A stretch of 64,000 nucleotides of DNA from an uncultured Verrucomicrobiae bacterium (GCA_963837955.1 CAWIPH010000002.1:544001-608000), one strand, 5' to 3'; numbered from the stretch's first letter, positions 1-10,155 are shown. Notes: generated by a model from the sequence alone, not told the origin. A program made the numbers and translations.

Positions 1-12
1 CAATCTCGTGTC

Positions 13-1479
13 ATGAAACAGATAGTCTTTCTCCTGTTCAGTTGTTGGCTGACTGCGTTCTCACTGCATGCTGGGGATTCTATTAAGGACAGGTCCCCTG
101 ACGGCAGATTTGGGTTACTCTTGCATCCCAATAATTCCCCTACCAAGATTGACTTCAGCATTATCCAGATCAGTTCCCATAAAACGGTGCTCAGCCCGGA
201 GCCATATGACAGCGACGATGCCAGGCTTGGCCGGATTTGGATTGATAGCGTGAAGTTGCTCTGGTCACCCGATTCGAAACGCGTAGCTTTGGTCGCCCAG
301 TACCGGCGTGGCGACGGGACCACCCTCTATTTTCTATCCGGTTCGGAGTTTATCGAAACAGAGCTGCCCGAATGGAGCCACGTTGAACCTCGACTAATGC
401 CCAACGAACACGTTGTCAAAAGTACCAATGAAGGTGTTTCACCGGTCCGTTGGCTAGATTCAAACACGCTGGTTTTGCAGGAGGAGAGCGCTTCTTACGT
501 CGAGAAGGTGGATAAGAACGGCCAGAGCTTTGGTGGGAGGGAAGCGGAGGGCTTCGCAACGGTGACACTGCGTTTCGACGCTGACAACAAGGTATCGGTC
601 CAAAGCGTCCAGGTAAAGTCAACGGAAGAGAAAAACGAGATTTTGTATACTAGCCTGAGTGGTGCGTTTCGGATCGAGGTGACTGGCAGTAGGTACTCGG
701 AGGGGGGAAAAGAACCATCAGCAGAGCTTTGGGTAGTCTCTACTAAAGATCCCACGCAGCGGGTGAAGTTGCCGAAAGAGTCCGCCGACTCGGAGCTGGA
801 AGACTATTTTCGTTTCTCGCCTGATGAGGAATGGCTTTTTGGTTCGCGCGAAGCCGGGCCCGGATTGAGGGTCGGCAATCTCTACCATCGCGTCAGCCCG
901 TCACAGTTCGAGCGGCTCGAATCGTTCCAGGAATCGGCATGGAAAAATGCGGCAAGTCTAGGGGTCTTGAAAGACGATTATTCGGCTGGGACAGTGGATG
1001 CACAGACCTTTTTCACTTGCTGGAGCCTTGATTCCAGCCGGCTCCTCACTGAGTTGATCGGCGACGTAAACAAGGATTATGGTCTCATCTACTTCAACAC
1101 CCGCACGAGGAAGTTCGAGCTCACCGATTATTTGCGCAAAGTCAACGGTTCGGATTCTACGATGAAGGCTTGCGCGGAACCAAGCGATCCGCTGCCAGGC
1201 GAAAACGAACTGAAAGCGCGTTTTGAGAAACTCGATCGCGACTTGAATAGCGCCTACAAAGAAAGAATAGCGAAGACCGATTCGGGATATCTTTCGGAAT
1301 TACGCGATGGCCAGCGCAACTGGGTCAAACGCCGTGACGCCGGTGTGACCTTTTATCTTGAGACGGCGCCAGCCGTAGAAAAAGAACGCCGCCGGCTCCA
1401 GTTTCTTGGCGATGTCACCGCAGAGCGAATCGAGGAACTTCGGCAAGGCGAAGATTCAAGTGTGGCCTATCGCCTGTAA
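13..1479 (+). CDS. Secreted multidomain protein with C-terminal LprI/DUF1311 (lysozyme-inhibitor-like) helical domain
   Basis: Signal peptide; WSPDS/FSPDE/WSLDS propeller-like motifs; C-terminal LDRDLNSAYK...LRDGQRNWVKRRD typical of LprI. Confidence 0.7.
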   Translation: MKQIVFLLFSCWLTAFSLHAGDSIKDRSPDGRFGLLLHPNNSPTKIDFSIIQISSHKTVLSPEPYDSDDARLGRIWIDSVKLLWSPDSKRVALVAQYRRGDGTTLYFLSGSEFIETELPEWSHVEPRLMPNEHVVKSTNEGVSPVRWLDSNTLVLQEESASYVEKVDKNGQSFGGREAEGFATVTLRFDADNKVSVQSVQVKSTEEKNEILYTSLSGAFRIEVTGSRYSEGGKEPSAELWVVSTKDPTQRVKLPKESADSELEDYFRFSPDEEWLFGSREAGPGLRVGNLYHRVSPSQFERLESFQESAWKNAASLGVLKDDYSAGTVDAQTFFTCWSLDSSRLLTELIGDVNKDYGLIYFNTRTRKFELTDYLRKVNGSDSTMKACAEPSDPLPGENELKARFEKLDRDLNSAYKERIAKTDSGYLSELRDGQRNWVKRRDAGVTFYLETAPAVEKERRRLQFLGDVTAERIEELRQGEDSSVAYRL

Positions 1480-1485
1480 AGAAGG
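1366..1485 (+). repeat. 120-bp direct repeat, copy A (3' end of the LprI gene)
   Basis: Aligns ungapped to 2938-3057 with 8 mismatches (counted by eye). Confidence 0.95.
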
Positions 1486-1651
1486 CGGCGGAATAGACTT
1501 GGAGATGTTGGTCGATCATTGGTCGACACCGATTGTTGCCCAGGAGCAATCCCGAGAACTCCCGAAGATTCTTTAAACAAAAAGGAAACACAGGTTGATG
1601 TTTCCTAGGCATGAATCTGATGGCGAATTGAAACAGCGAGGAGGCACAGTC

Positions 1652-1835
1652 CTTGACAGACTTCATCCAGCTTCTAATCGAGGATTGGGCCGTCATTTGA
1701 GATCTTTTTCGAAGCGTCGAATCTGCCGGTGAAATTTGCCCCGCTTCGCATTCTCAGATGTTTGGCGATCCAGCCTTGGTCGGCCTCTTGATTCGGCGAA
1801 TGACTTCGTCTGTCAAGATCTGTTGACTGACCCCT
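1652..1835. mobile_element. Degenerate copy of the GGGGTCAGTCAACA-ended MITE-like element (left end truncated)
   Basis: CTTGACAGACTTCATCCAGCTT at 1652 matches 19969-19990; right end CTGTCAAGATCTGTTGACTGACCCCT at 1810-1835 matches 20017-20042. Confidence 0.7.
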
Positions 1836-1905
1836 CTTAGACTTCTCCAAAAACCAACGACCTGTAGGTGTTCGCGCTTTATATTGTACCAATTCGAAAG
1901 CTTTT

Positions 1906-2820
1906 ATGAGTGAGGAATTGAAAGAAAAGGAATTTCACGCTGGAAAAACGGGCGTCTACCGATTTCAGCAGGATGGATGGGATGGGTGGGTCCTGCATGA
2001 CTGTACAGTCTCGCTGGAGCCGATGCGGCAATATGCCATCGGCTCCACGGACGAAGAGATTAGGGAGTTGACGGAATTGAATTTTGTCCATGGAGATCAA
2101 ATCCAGCTCAGTACTAATCCGTTGTTGATTCGAAGGAATGATCAATTCATTCTGGTCGACACGGGAATGGGCAAACAGACGGATGGAGCGAACGGTCTGT
2201 TGCTTCATCATCTTTCGCAGTTGGGTATCGAACGAGAACAGATCACTTCTATCTTGTTAACTCATCTCCATATCGATCACATTGGAGGAGCATTTAGTGG
2301 AGAGGATCCGCTTTTCCCAAATGCGAAGGTTTTTATATCTGAAACGGAGATTGGGTTCTGGACGCAGCCGAATCCGGATACGAGCGAACTGCGTGATGTG
2401 CCCCCTCAACTGATTAAACTGACGTTTGAGATAGCCAGAAACGGAGTGCGAACTCTTGAGCGGCAGACGATTTCTTTTAAACCAGATGAAGAAATCATTC
2501 CCGGGGTTACAACGCTCGCGTTACCGGGTCATACTCCAGGACATTCCGGATTTTTGTTTCAATTTGGGGGTGAGTCCTTTATTGCAGCAGGCGATTTCGC
2601 GCACGATCCGTTATTGCAGCTGGCCCGGCCAGAGTGGACGATAATCGGGGATACGCATCGCGCGACGACCGTCAGAACGCGAAAGAGTCTCTTGAAACGA
2701 TTGGCCGAAAACAGAATTCGATTTCACGCTTATCACTTTCCATTTCCTTGCGTTGGCCATGTTCGAACGACTGACCATCAATCCTATGAATTCGTGCCTG
2801 AACGCTGGGTCTGGCGGTGA
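1906..2820 (+). CDS. MBL-fold metallo-hydrolase (organophosphate hydrolase/lactonase-like group)
   Basis: THLHIDHIGG, PGHTPGH, AGD and YHFPFP motifs. Confidence 0.9.
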   Translation: MSEELKEKEFHAGKTGVYRFQQDGWDGWVLHDCTVSLEPMRQYAIGSTDEEIRELTELNFVHGDQIQLSTNPLLIRRNDQFILVDTGMGKQTDGANGLLLHHLSQLGIEREQITSILLTHLHIDHIGGAFSGEDPLFPNAKVFISETEIGFWTQPNPDTSELRDVPPQLIKLTFEIARNGVRTLERQTISFKPDEEIIPGVTTLALPGHTPGHSGFLFQFGGESFIAAGDFAHDPLLQLARPEWTIIGDTHRATTVRTRKSLLKRLAENRIRFHAYHFPFPCVGHVRTTDHQSYEFVPERWVWR

Positions 2821-2937
2821 GTTGGGGTTGGCGGCCCCAGCTTTTTTCCCACTATGATGCTGACCGCTCCGAGCCTACCACCAAAAGAGAACAAGCTGGT
2901 AGCCCGAGAGATTCAGGAAATCAGGGACGCTCTCAAA

Positions 2938-3057
2938 GCGCCAGCCGCAGAAAGAGAACGCCGGCGGCTCCAGTTTCTTGGCGATGTTACCGCAGAGCGA
3001 GTCCAGGAACTTCGGCAAGGCGAAGATTCAAGTGTGACCTATCGCCTTTAAAGAAGG
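2938..3057 (+). repeat. 120-bp direct repeat, copy B (displaced LprI gene 3' end)
   Basis: Encodes APAAERERRRLQFLGDVTAERVQELRQGEDSSVTYRL*, near identical to the C-terminus of 13..1479. Confidence 0.95.
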
Positions 3058-3074
3058 GTGTTTGACTTGCTTGG

Positions 3075-3428
3075 TTACTGAATAGTCCAAAGCGGAAACG
3101 ATTGGCCCGCTTTTAGGTGAGGATCTTCGTGGTAAACAAGATCAAGCTGACCGTCGTGCGTGAAACCCGTGAACGGTTTCTTTTCTCCGAACTCTAAGGT
3201 GTGGAATGAGCCTCGGTACCTTGGGAATCCGATTCGAACGATTACGCGATACTGGGCACCTACGTTATCGACAGCGAGAACTTTTGCGCCAATGGCGGTC
3301 ATTTTTTGGACTTCCAGGGCCTCAGTCAAGTGAGGATTACGGCATAGCAACACGCTGAATTTCACCCGGGTCAATTGGTCGCACGCATACTCTTTTTGAA
3401 GCGTTACCGTTGCCTTTGCGTATGACAA
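3075..3428 (-). CDS. Hypothetical protein (true start may be MTAIGAKV)
   Basis: Protein-like composition in an otherwise empty interval; no family recognised. Confidence 0.45.
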   Translation of the reverse strand: MSYAKATVTLQKEYACDQLTRVKFSVLLCRNPHLTEALEVQKMTAIGAKVLAVDNVGAQYRVIVRIGFPRYRGSFHTLEFGEKKPFTGFTHDGQLDLVYHEDPHLKAGQSFPLWTIQ

Positions 3429-3574
3429 GAGCTCAGCCGATTTCAGTCGCGGTGGTGTGGGTTTTGGCTGTGTACAATACTTTTTTGATTTGGGTCACGG
3501 TGGGTTTCTTTTTGATGGTTGATTTCTTCGGGTAAGAGATATTTGGCCGGCGACCGCTGTCGGCCTCAGTTTAT

Positions 3575-4096
3575 TTACTCATGGGTTTCCTCTTGCGCCT
3601 CACGCCGAGGCGATTCGATCTCAAACACAGTCTCGACCATGACCGGTGTGCCGATGGGTGCACTGTGCACGCCGTACACGACGCGGACGTGTCCCGCCTG
3701 TGCGCCGAAAAGTTGGACAAAGAGGTTCGAGGCGCCGTCGGCGACCGCGGCGTGCTCAACAAATTCCTCCGTCGTCGTAAGGAGGACCGAGAGTTTCACT
3801 AGCTTTTTGAGCCTGTCTAAATCGCCGACGTGTTCTTGGGCCGCTGCCAACGCATTTAGTGCAGCCAACCGAGCGGCCTCGCGGCCCTGATCGACCGAAA
3901 GGTTCGCGCCGAGGCGCCCAGAGATCGCTAACTTGCGATCGACGAGCGGCAATGTGCCGCTTAAAAAGAGCAGGGATCCAACCTGAGACGCCTCGACGTA
4001 AGCTCCCAAAGGGGATGGTGGCTTCGGGAGAACCAAACCGAGCTCCCGCAAACGCGAACCCGGTTTAGCGCGCGCGGCTTTATTTTCGTCCGGCAT
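3575..4096 (-). CDS. RidA/YjgF family protein
   Basis: LGLVLPKPPSPLGAYV, LFLSGTLP, VADGASNLF, PVMVE; start reassigned to ATG at 4096. Confidence 0.88.
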   Translation of the reverse strand: MPDENKAARAKPGSRLRELGLVLPKPPSPLGAYVEASQVGSLLFLSGTLPLVDRKLAISGRLGANLSVDQGREAARLAALNALAAAQEHVGDLDRLKKLVKLSVLLTTTEEFVEHAAVADGASNLFVQLFGAQAGHVRVVYGVHSAPIGTPVMVETVFEIESPRREAQEETHE

Positions 4097-4808
4097 GAAC
4101 GCCTCCGTCCACTCGTAGGTTTTCACCCGTCACAAAGCTGGCGGATTGGAGATAAAGCACGGCCTCGACGATATCCGAGATCTCGGCCAGCCGCGCAATA
4201 GGATGGAACTTCCGCAACGCATCGTGATCGTCGTTTGCGTGCATTGGGGTGTTCACGTTTCCCGGTGACACTGTGTTCACGCGGATCCCGTTGGCGGCGT
4301 ACTCCAATGCCAAAGCCTTGCTCACGGCCGGCATGGTCGACTTCGAAAGCACAGCCAGGACAGCAGGCACGCTGCCGCTCGGCTGGTCCGCCAGGACCGC
4401 CGAGATGTTTACTACGTGTCCCGAATTTTGCTTCTTCATCTGCGGGATCACTTGCTGCGTCATGAAGAAGAAACTAGCCACATTGGTGTTCATTACTAAA
4501 TTGTAGTCGTCCTCGGTGTACTCGGTGAACGGCTTGGCAATGAAAATCCCTGCGTTGTTAACCAGCAGGTCGATCCGGCCGAAATGCTTGATTGCCGCTT
4601 CCGCTATTTTGACGGCGGTTTCCTTCTTGCTGATGTCACCATCAATGAGGACGAGATCGGCCGACGCTTTGAGCTCCTTAGACTTGCTGATAGTCCGAGA
4701 AGTTCCCACAACGTTGTAGCCGTGTTTGGTAAGTGCCAGCGTAATTCCCAGGCCGATTCCACTGGAAGCACCCGTTACAATTGCGACCGGCTTTTGTGCG
4801 CTGTTCAT
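4080..4808 (-). CDS. SDR family oxidoreductase
   Basis: VTGASSGIG, LVNNAG, GIRVNTVSPG, VTGENLRVDGG; catalytic Tyr appears replaced (LAVLSK). Confidence 0.92.
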   Translation of the reverse strand: MNSAQKPVAIVTGASSGIGLGITLALTKHGYNVVGTSRTISKSKELKASADLVLIDGDISKKETAVKIAEAAIKHFGRIDLLVNNAGIFIAKPFTEYTEDDYNLVMNTNVASFFFMTQQVIPQMKKQNSGHVVNISAVLADQPSGSVPAVLAVLSKSTMPAVSKALALEYAANGIRVNTVSPGNVNTPMHANDDHDALRKFHPIARLAEISDIVEAVLYLQSASFVTGENLRVDGGVHAGRK

Positions 4809-5035
4809 ACTATTTTCCTTCTGATCGTGATGTTTCCGGTCCTACTTTGCGTTGGCAGGCCGATCCTCGTAGAACGGATAGTCGTATAACCGTGATGGGA
4901 TGGTTAATGGCTAGGATCTACCCGCTGCCTTTGCTTCTGCTATACTATTATCGACGAGTTACTGTTGCTTTGCAGTCTCACGAACCGAACGCTCGGACGT
5001 ACTAGCCGCCGCGTCCGAAAAAGACGGGATCGGGA

Positions 5036-5149
5036 CTCATTGCGCAGGAGACGCGAGATGATTTGCCAATCCTGACCGGCGTGGCATTGTTGGCGTTGCT
5101 CGATCCGGAGGGATGGCAGAGCGGTTTAATGCACCGGTCTTGAAAACCG
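5036..5149 (+). repeat. 114-bp copy of the tRNA-Ser upstream region plus 5' half (att-like scar)
   Basis: Matches 24750-24863 with 3 mismatches; tRNA part 5107-5149 stops just after the anticodon loop (CTTGAAAACCG). Confidence 0.95.
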
Positions 5150-5387
5150 ATAATTACCCTCTAGGCAAAATTTCTTCCCCTCGAAGAACAGCTAATAGAG
5201 CCGAATTACAGCGAGCATTGCCATTTGTCAGAAACGTGAATGTTTCCAGCTTCGTTTATTTAAATCCTATCATCTAGAGCAGAGAACCCGGGGAACAGTG
5301 TTCCCTGATTTCGTCCCTCGCCCTGGATGTAACCCATAAGAAGAGATGCCTCCGCTTAGCAAGGAGTCCTAGTGATGTGCTGTTCCA

Positions 5388-5768
5388 TCATTGGCTTTTA
5401 TGGACGACCTCGAACGAATACCCGTCAGGGTCGAATACATCAGCGGCATAGTATCCCGGATAGTATTCCAGTCGTGCACGGGGTGAAATATTGTCTCTGG
5501 CGCCAGCGGAGATTGCGGCCTTGTAGAATTCATCGACCTTATCCTCATCGTCGGCCATAAAGCCCCAGTGAATGGCCGCTGGATCAGGTTTCCCTTGCTT
5601 TATCCAGAAGAATGCCCTTTTGCCATCACCAAATCCCCACAGGTCGGGATGACCGTCTTCGCCCTTGTACGGCATGAAGAATTTGATGCTAAGTGGCTTC
5701 AGCGCCGCCTCATAGAAGGCTAGCGAACGTTCGACATCGCTGACAGTCAGAATAATGTGGTCGAGCAT
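5388..5768 (-). CDS. VOC/glyoxalase family protein
   Basis: MLDHIILTVSD...FY, HWGF, YYAADVFDPDGYSFE. Confidence 0.92.
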   Translation of the reverse strand: MLDHIILTVSDVERSLAFYEAALKPLSIKFFMPYKGEDGHPDLWGFGDGKRAFFWIKQGKPDPAAIHWGFMADDEDKVDEFYKAAISAGARDNISPRARLEYYPGYYAADVFDPDGYSFEVVHKSQ

Positions 5769-6032
5769 AGTTCTCCCTCTCAAATCACGAGTGCTTCAAC
5801 GGCCTTGTCGCCATTGGGTACAGCATGGATAGCAAGCGGCGGTATGTTCATACCCTCGGCCCGGACAGTTCGGACATCTTCAATTCCAATGTTTAGAGGC
5901 CTCAATCCGTCTGAATCCCGCCACACTTGTCACTCCCGCCGTTCAATGCCCGATACTAATCTAGCTGTAACCGACTAACGACGACACAAAAGATGACGAA
6001 AACTCAAATCAAAATAGGAAAGCAAAAACAAC

Positions 6033-6761
6033 ATGGCTATCGCAAATAAAACAGTCTTGATCACCGGCTCCAACCGGGGCATTGGTCGAGCTCTCGTCGA
6101 AGAGGCACTCAAGCGTGGCGCGAAGCGGGTATATGCGGGTGCGCGCAACGCTATCCGACATCCTGACAAACGCGTGACGCCTGTAACTTTGGACGTGACG
6201 AGCGCCTCGCAGATTCAGCGGGCGGCCACCGAAATAGATACCCTGGACATTCTTATAAATAATGCGGGCGTTGCGATCTACGACGATCTGAGCAATTTCG
6301 AGGTGATCGAACAGCACTTAGCTGTCAATTTCTTTGGTCCGCTCAATATGTCGCGCGCTTTCCTGCCGCTGCTGACACGCTCCAAAGGTGCCATCGTCAA
6401 CAATCTCTCGTTGGTGGCGCTTGCAGCCTTGCCGGTTATACCCGCGTACTCCATTTCGAAGGCAGCCGCGTTGAGCATGACGCAATCACTGAGAGCAATC
6501 TTGGCTGGCCAAGGAGTGATGGTCCATGCCGTCATTCTCGGCCCCATCGACACCGATATGAACCGCGGTTTTGAGATACCGAAAGCCTCTCCCGAGTCTG
6601 CGGCAGCGGGCATTTTCGATGGAATGGAGAGAGGGGAAGAGGAGATCTTCCCCGATCCGGCGTCCCAATCCATCGCTGAGGCATGGCGCATGGGCGCGGC
6701 CAAGGCGCTCGAGCGCCAGTTTGCGGCTTTCGTCCAGGCACCGGCGAAGAACCCTGTGTGA
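6033..6761 (+). CDS. SDR family oxidoreductase
   Basis: ITGSNRGIG, LINNAG, YSISK. Confidence 0.92.
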   Translation: MAIANKTVLITGSNRGIGRALVEEALKRGAKRVYAGARNAIRHPDKRVTPVTLDVTSASQIQRAATEIDTLDILINNAGVAIYDDLSNFEVIEQHLAVNFFGPLNMSRAFLPLLTRSKGAIVNNLSLVALAALPVIPAYSISKAAALSMTQSLRAILAGQGVMVHAVILGPIDTDMNRGFEIPKASPESAAAGIFDGMERGEEEIFPDPASQSIAEAWRMGAAKALERQFAAFVQAPAKNPV

Positions 6762-6852
6762 CGTATCAACAAATCAAAAAGGAAAGGACTATTTAGAGGG
6801 ACCTGAGGGCGCGCAAATCCGGACGGAGAACGCCAGGTCCCAGTTGGGGCGT

Positions 6853-7341
6853 TTACGGTGTTTCCAGTCTTGTGCCTTTCACCAGATCGTTGTCGCTGTC
6901 CAGCACCTTCCGGTCTGCATCCATAAAGTCCACCTTGCAGTCGCGAGTTGTAAACTCGTTCCCTGAATCGGACAAGATCAAGGTGCCATGGACTTGCAGG
7001 TATCCGTTCACTTCGCCGTCCTTCAATAGCACCGCGTAAAACGTCAGTTTGAACTCTCTGTCGCCCGTTTGGGCCCAGCGGCCGTATCCGGGCCCACGCT
7101 CATCCGCAAGGCCTTGGTTCGGCGACGCGAGCGAAAGCTTGGTGTTACCGTCCGTAGTAAAGCTGCCGTCCCCGCCAAAGCTCGCAATGCTCAGTAGAGG
7201 CTGTGGTGGCCCGCCCCCCGCGGATATCTTCACTTCCCACACCCCCACCAACGCCTTTTTCTCAGCCGGCTGTGCGACCAGCATAAGCGGAATAGTCACG
7301 CCCAAGAAAGCCAGCCCGATTAATCGATTTTTCCTGGTCAT
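6853..7341 (-). CDS. Secreted hypothetical protein (lipocalin-like beta-barrel)
   Basis: Signal peptide from ATG at 7341; LVGVW, GYGRW and final GTRL motifs. Confidence 0.6.
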   Translation of the reverse strand: MTRKNRLIGLAFLGVTIPLMLVAQPAEKKALVGVWEVKISAGGGPPQPLLSIASFGGDGSFTTDGNTKLSLASPNQGLADERGPGYGRWAQTGDREFKLTFYAVLLKDGEVNGYLQVHGTLILSDSGNEFTTRDCKVDFMDADRKVLDSDNDLVKGTRLETP

Positions 7342-7450
7342 ACTCACACGCTGCAAAGGTGTCGCATTCAGGACCACTGTTATACGGTTTTCAACTCGCT
7401 CTTTGATCATCCGCCAGCTTAAACGCTAGTTCTGTTTCCCATTTCGCTGC

Positions 7451-7993
7451 GTGCCGCATCTCCCCAATGGCACGAACGTCGTCTTCGTCTGTTCCGGCGT
7501 CGAAGATCCCGAGCGCAAGCCCGCCAAGGCCGCTGGTTTTCGCGGCGGTCGCTACATCTCAGCAGAGGCAAGCGCGCGCGGCGAGTGGAAACCCGGCGGC
7601 TCCGCGATGCCGGGCGCGGACGCCTACGCCACGTCGAAGCAGTGCAACCTCGCTACGGTAATGGTGTTTGCCCGTGAGACTCCACGGTTACGCTTCAACG
7701 CACTCGAACCGGGTTTTACTCCGAACACCGGCCTCGGGCGCGAGGCCAACGTCTTCCTGCGCTTCTTGGCGAACTACATCCTGCCGCTGCTCGCTCCCCA
7801 CATCAAGTATTGGAGCACCCCGAAGAGAGCCGCGCGCGTGGCCACCAAAGTCCTGATCGATGTATCCGGTCAGTCCGGCATCTACTACGACGAGGGCGGC
7901 CATCCGATGCTCGGCTCCGCGCTCGTGCGCGACCCGAAGTTCACGGATCGCGTCGTTGCCGAGACACGCGCCTTGCTGGCAACGGTGCCGTAA
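7451..7993 (+). pseudogene. 5'-truncated SDR (retinol/protochlorophyllide-reductase-like) fragment
   Basis: YATSKQCN, EPGFTPNTGL and SGIYYD present but the Rossmann TGxxxGxG N-terminus is missing. Confidence 0.7.
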
Positions 7994-8192
7994 TTCGCCC
8001 CGGCACCAGCTAAGCAGAATTTCGTTCCACCGGTTGCAATACTTTGCCGGTGCGGTCAACGGAACGGACGAGGACTCTTGGTTCGAGCGGGAGGTCCATG
8101 AGTTCTCCCCAGGCTCACCGTCTCTATTCGCAGTTCGGGTTTGAGCTAACGGCCCCGGAGTCCGTAGGCATGGCTTTCGAGATCCCGTAAGC

Positions 8193-8750
8193 TTATGGGG
8201 AATCTGCCGCCGCAACACCAAGCATCAGCACGTGCTCGTGCTCGGTTGTTTCGTCTGCAGGGAACATCGACTCGATTCGTAGTTCCTGCGCAGCCAGCGT
8301 CTGCGGAGTCCCAACCGCTGTGACCATTGAAAAATAATTCAGAACCTTACTACCTTTCCGGAAGCTGATCGGAATAACCGGTGAAACGGGCATAAACCCA
8401 GCGCCGTCGTTACTTAGTCCTTCTGATCCCCTGTCGCTCTGTGTCGATTCGCTGTGAGCTTTTTCAGCCCGAGCCTGACCGCTCCTCACTTCGGGATAAG
8501 CGAGCAATGCAGCCAGCAATTCCTTGGTTCTATCGTCAATGACGCCTCCAATGGCTTCGGCATTAACCCGGTAAATCAAACTGTTCGCCACGTCTTCCCA
8601 GTTATCGACGAAAGGACGCATACCGGCCGGATCGAACATCAGATGCAACATGTTACGAGGACCTTTGCGCTTGGACATATCGATAAAACAGTTGAAGAAA
8701 CGGGGCGCAGATTCATTGGTCAGCAACACGTTCCAATAGCGATCCATCAC
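8193..8750 (-). pseudogene. MmyB-like ligand-binding domain of an XRE regulator, lacking its HTH
   Basis: VMDRYWNV, NMLHLMFDPAGMRPFVDNW, FSMVTAVGTPQ...ELRIESMFPADETT; no N-terminal HTH upstream. Confidence 0.75.
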
Positions 8751-9159
8751 CAGCGCATGGAGGAGTACCGCGAATCATGCGGAGAACCAGTACACAACAA
8801 GGATACGCATTGGCCGCTGTGAGCGTGCCCTGCTAAATCGTCCGCCTGAAAAAATCGGCTTCTAAGCCTGCCTATCGATTTCCGACTTTTTCACCTCATG
8901 CGCGGCCAGCGCTAGCTCACCTAACGGTAAGATTTGCGACAACAGATCAGCTTGATCGAATCGCAGAGCCGGCCCGGCGCGGTCATATAAGCCGAGCAGA
9001 AGCTCGTCGTGAGTACTGCCGATCGATCGATCGGGAAACCCTCCGATGACACAATCAATCGTGCGGTAATTCTAAATCTTGACGGCCGCTCGGTCGTCCC
9101 CTGACCGGTACGGCGCGTCGGTACGCTTTGCGACGATGTCATTCTGAGACAAGCCTTGC

Positions 9160-9272
9160 CCTCACGATTGGAGTGATCCAACGATGCCAATTCGTCCATG
9201 GCGCTTTTCCGGAGGCACAATTATGCCAAATAGCGCGCAAAAATTCTATGCCAAATAATTCGCAAAGTGACA
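9160..9272 (-). mobile_element. Tn7/Tn5053-like transposon end with start of transposase
   Basis: Minus strand from 9272 reads TGTCACTTTGCGAATTATTTGGCATA...TATTTGGCATA (TGT terminus, repeated site), then ATG at 9199 encoding MDELASLD. Confidence 0.6.
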
Positions 9273-9348
9273 GTGTTGTCTGTGAGTTTCCAAAATTATT
9301 TGAGGTGATTTTTGCCATGGTATTTGATGTACTGCCCTGGAGCAAAAC

Positions 9349-9933
9349 ATGGAAATCAAAGGTGCAACCCTTTTGTACACATTGGCTGGCCTGATGATCA
9401 CGTTCGCGGGGTTCTCGGCGCTCTTGTTGGCCCTCCGACCCCTCGCTGGAGCGAGGTTGTCACTGCTTGACAGATACCTTGCAAAAACGGTCATGACGCA
9501 CATTTTCGTATTGACGGCGGGAGCGCTGCTGCCGGCGCTATTTGCGCTCTACGACATTCAGGAAACGTGGATTTGGCGAGGCTCTGGTGTGCTTTTCGCA
9601 CTACCGATGCTGTCTCTTCAGGTCACCTATCCGCGCCGACGCCGCAAGGTGGTCGGCGAAGGACCGCCGCCCGCGATATTCGCGGTCTTCGTTGTATTCG
9701 GCTCCGCTGTGACACTGGCGATGCTTGGCTACGTTTTAGAAGGCCTCCAATACAGCGCCGCAGCCTACATCACTGCGTTGACGATCGACTTCTTTACGGT
9801 CATTTTCGGCTTCGTGGTCGCGCTCGATGTCATTATGCAACAACCGATGGAAGTGTCGGAGCGGCCGACGGTTAACCACGGCTTCGACGACCGACCGTCC
9901 GGAAGTCTCAGCAAAATATCGAGCAAACAATGA
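9349..9933 (+). CDS. Integral membrane hypothetical protein
   Basis: Several hydrophobic helices; the last ~20 codons run antisense through a transposase fragment. Confidence 0.75.
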   Translation: MEIKGATLLYTLAGLMITFAGFSALLLALRPLAGARLSLLDRYLAKTVMTHIFVLTAGALLPALFALYDIQETWIWRGSGVLFALPMLSLQVTYPRRRRKVVGEGPPPAIFAVFVVFGSAVTLAMLGYVLEGLQYSAAAYITALTIDFFTVIFGFVVALDVIMQQPMEVSERPTVNHGFDDRPSGSLSKISSKQ

Positions 9934-10034
9934 TCCGCTTGCCATATCTGGTTCGGCCTCTCAGCTTCGCGACGGTGAATCAGGTCGAAAACGTTGGAAT
10001 AGACTCTTGTCCCTTTGTGAGCCAGCGTCATCAA
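9867..10034 (-). pseudogene. Internal fragment of a TnsB/TniA (Mu-like, rve DDE) transposase
   Basis: LAHKGTRVYSNVFDLIHRREAERPNQIWQADHCLLDILL...KPWLTV. Confidence 0.85.
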
Positions 10035-10057
10035 CCTGGGCGGTTCATGAAAGCGCC

Positions 10058-10147
10058 ATGGACGAGTTGGCATCGCTAGATCAGTCCACCCGTGAAAATG
10101 CTCTCGAGCGTTTTCGGATCATTCAACCCTGTTTGGAACGAGGTTGA
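10058..10147 (+). pseudogene. N-terminal fragment of the same transposase family
   Basis: MDELASLDQSTRENALERFRIIQPCLE; DNA similar to the minus-strand copy starting at 9199. Confidence 0.7.
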
Positions 10148-10155
10148 TTCTTGGC

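Noticed and set aside
2854..3051. 65-aa gene
   Set aside because: Mostly the duplicated LprI-gene tail; no evidence of an independent gene.
1366..3057. Diversity-generating retroelement VR/TR pair (120-bp repeat at a gene 3' end; an FGE/C-lectin-fold gene is also in the window)
   Set aside because: Mismatches are not adenine-specific in either copy, there is no reverse transcriptase, and no second copy of the FGE gene's 3' end was seen.
5107..5149. Second tRNA-Ser gene
   Set aside because: Stops after the anticodon arm; no variable arm, T arm or acceptor 3' strand.
8900..9050. Degenerate ribbon-helix-helix gene (LTVRF...LDRIA...SRAE)
   Set aside because: No in-frame start and only weak resemblance.
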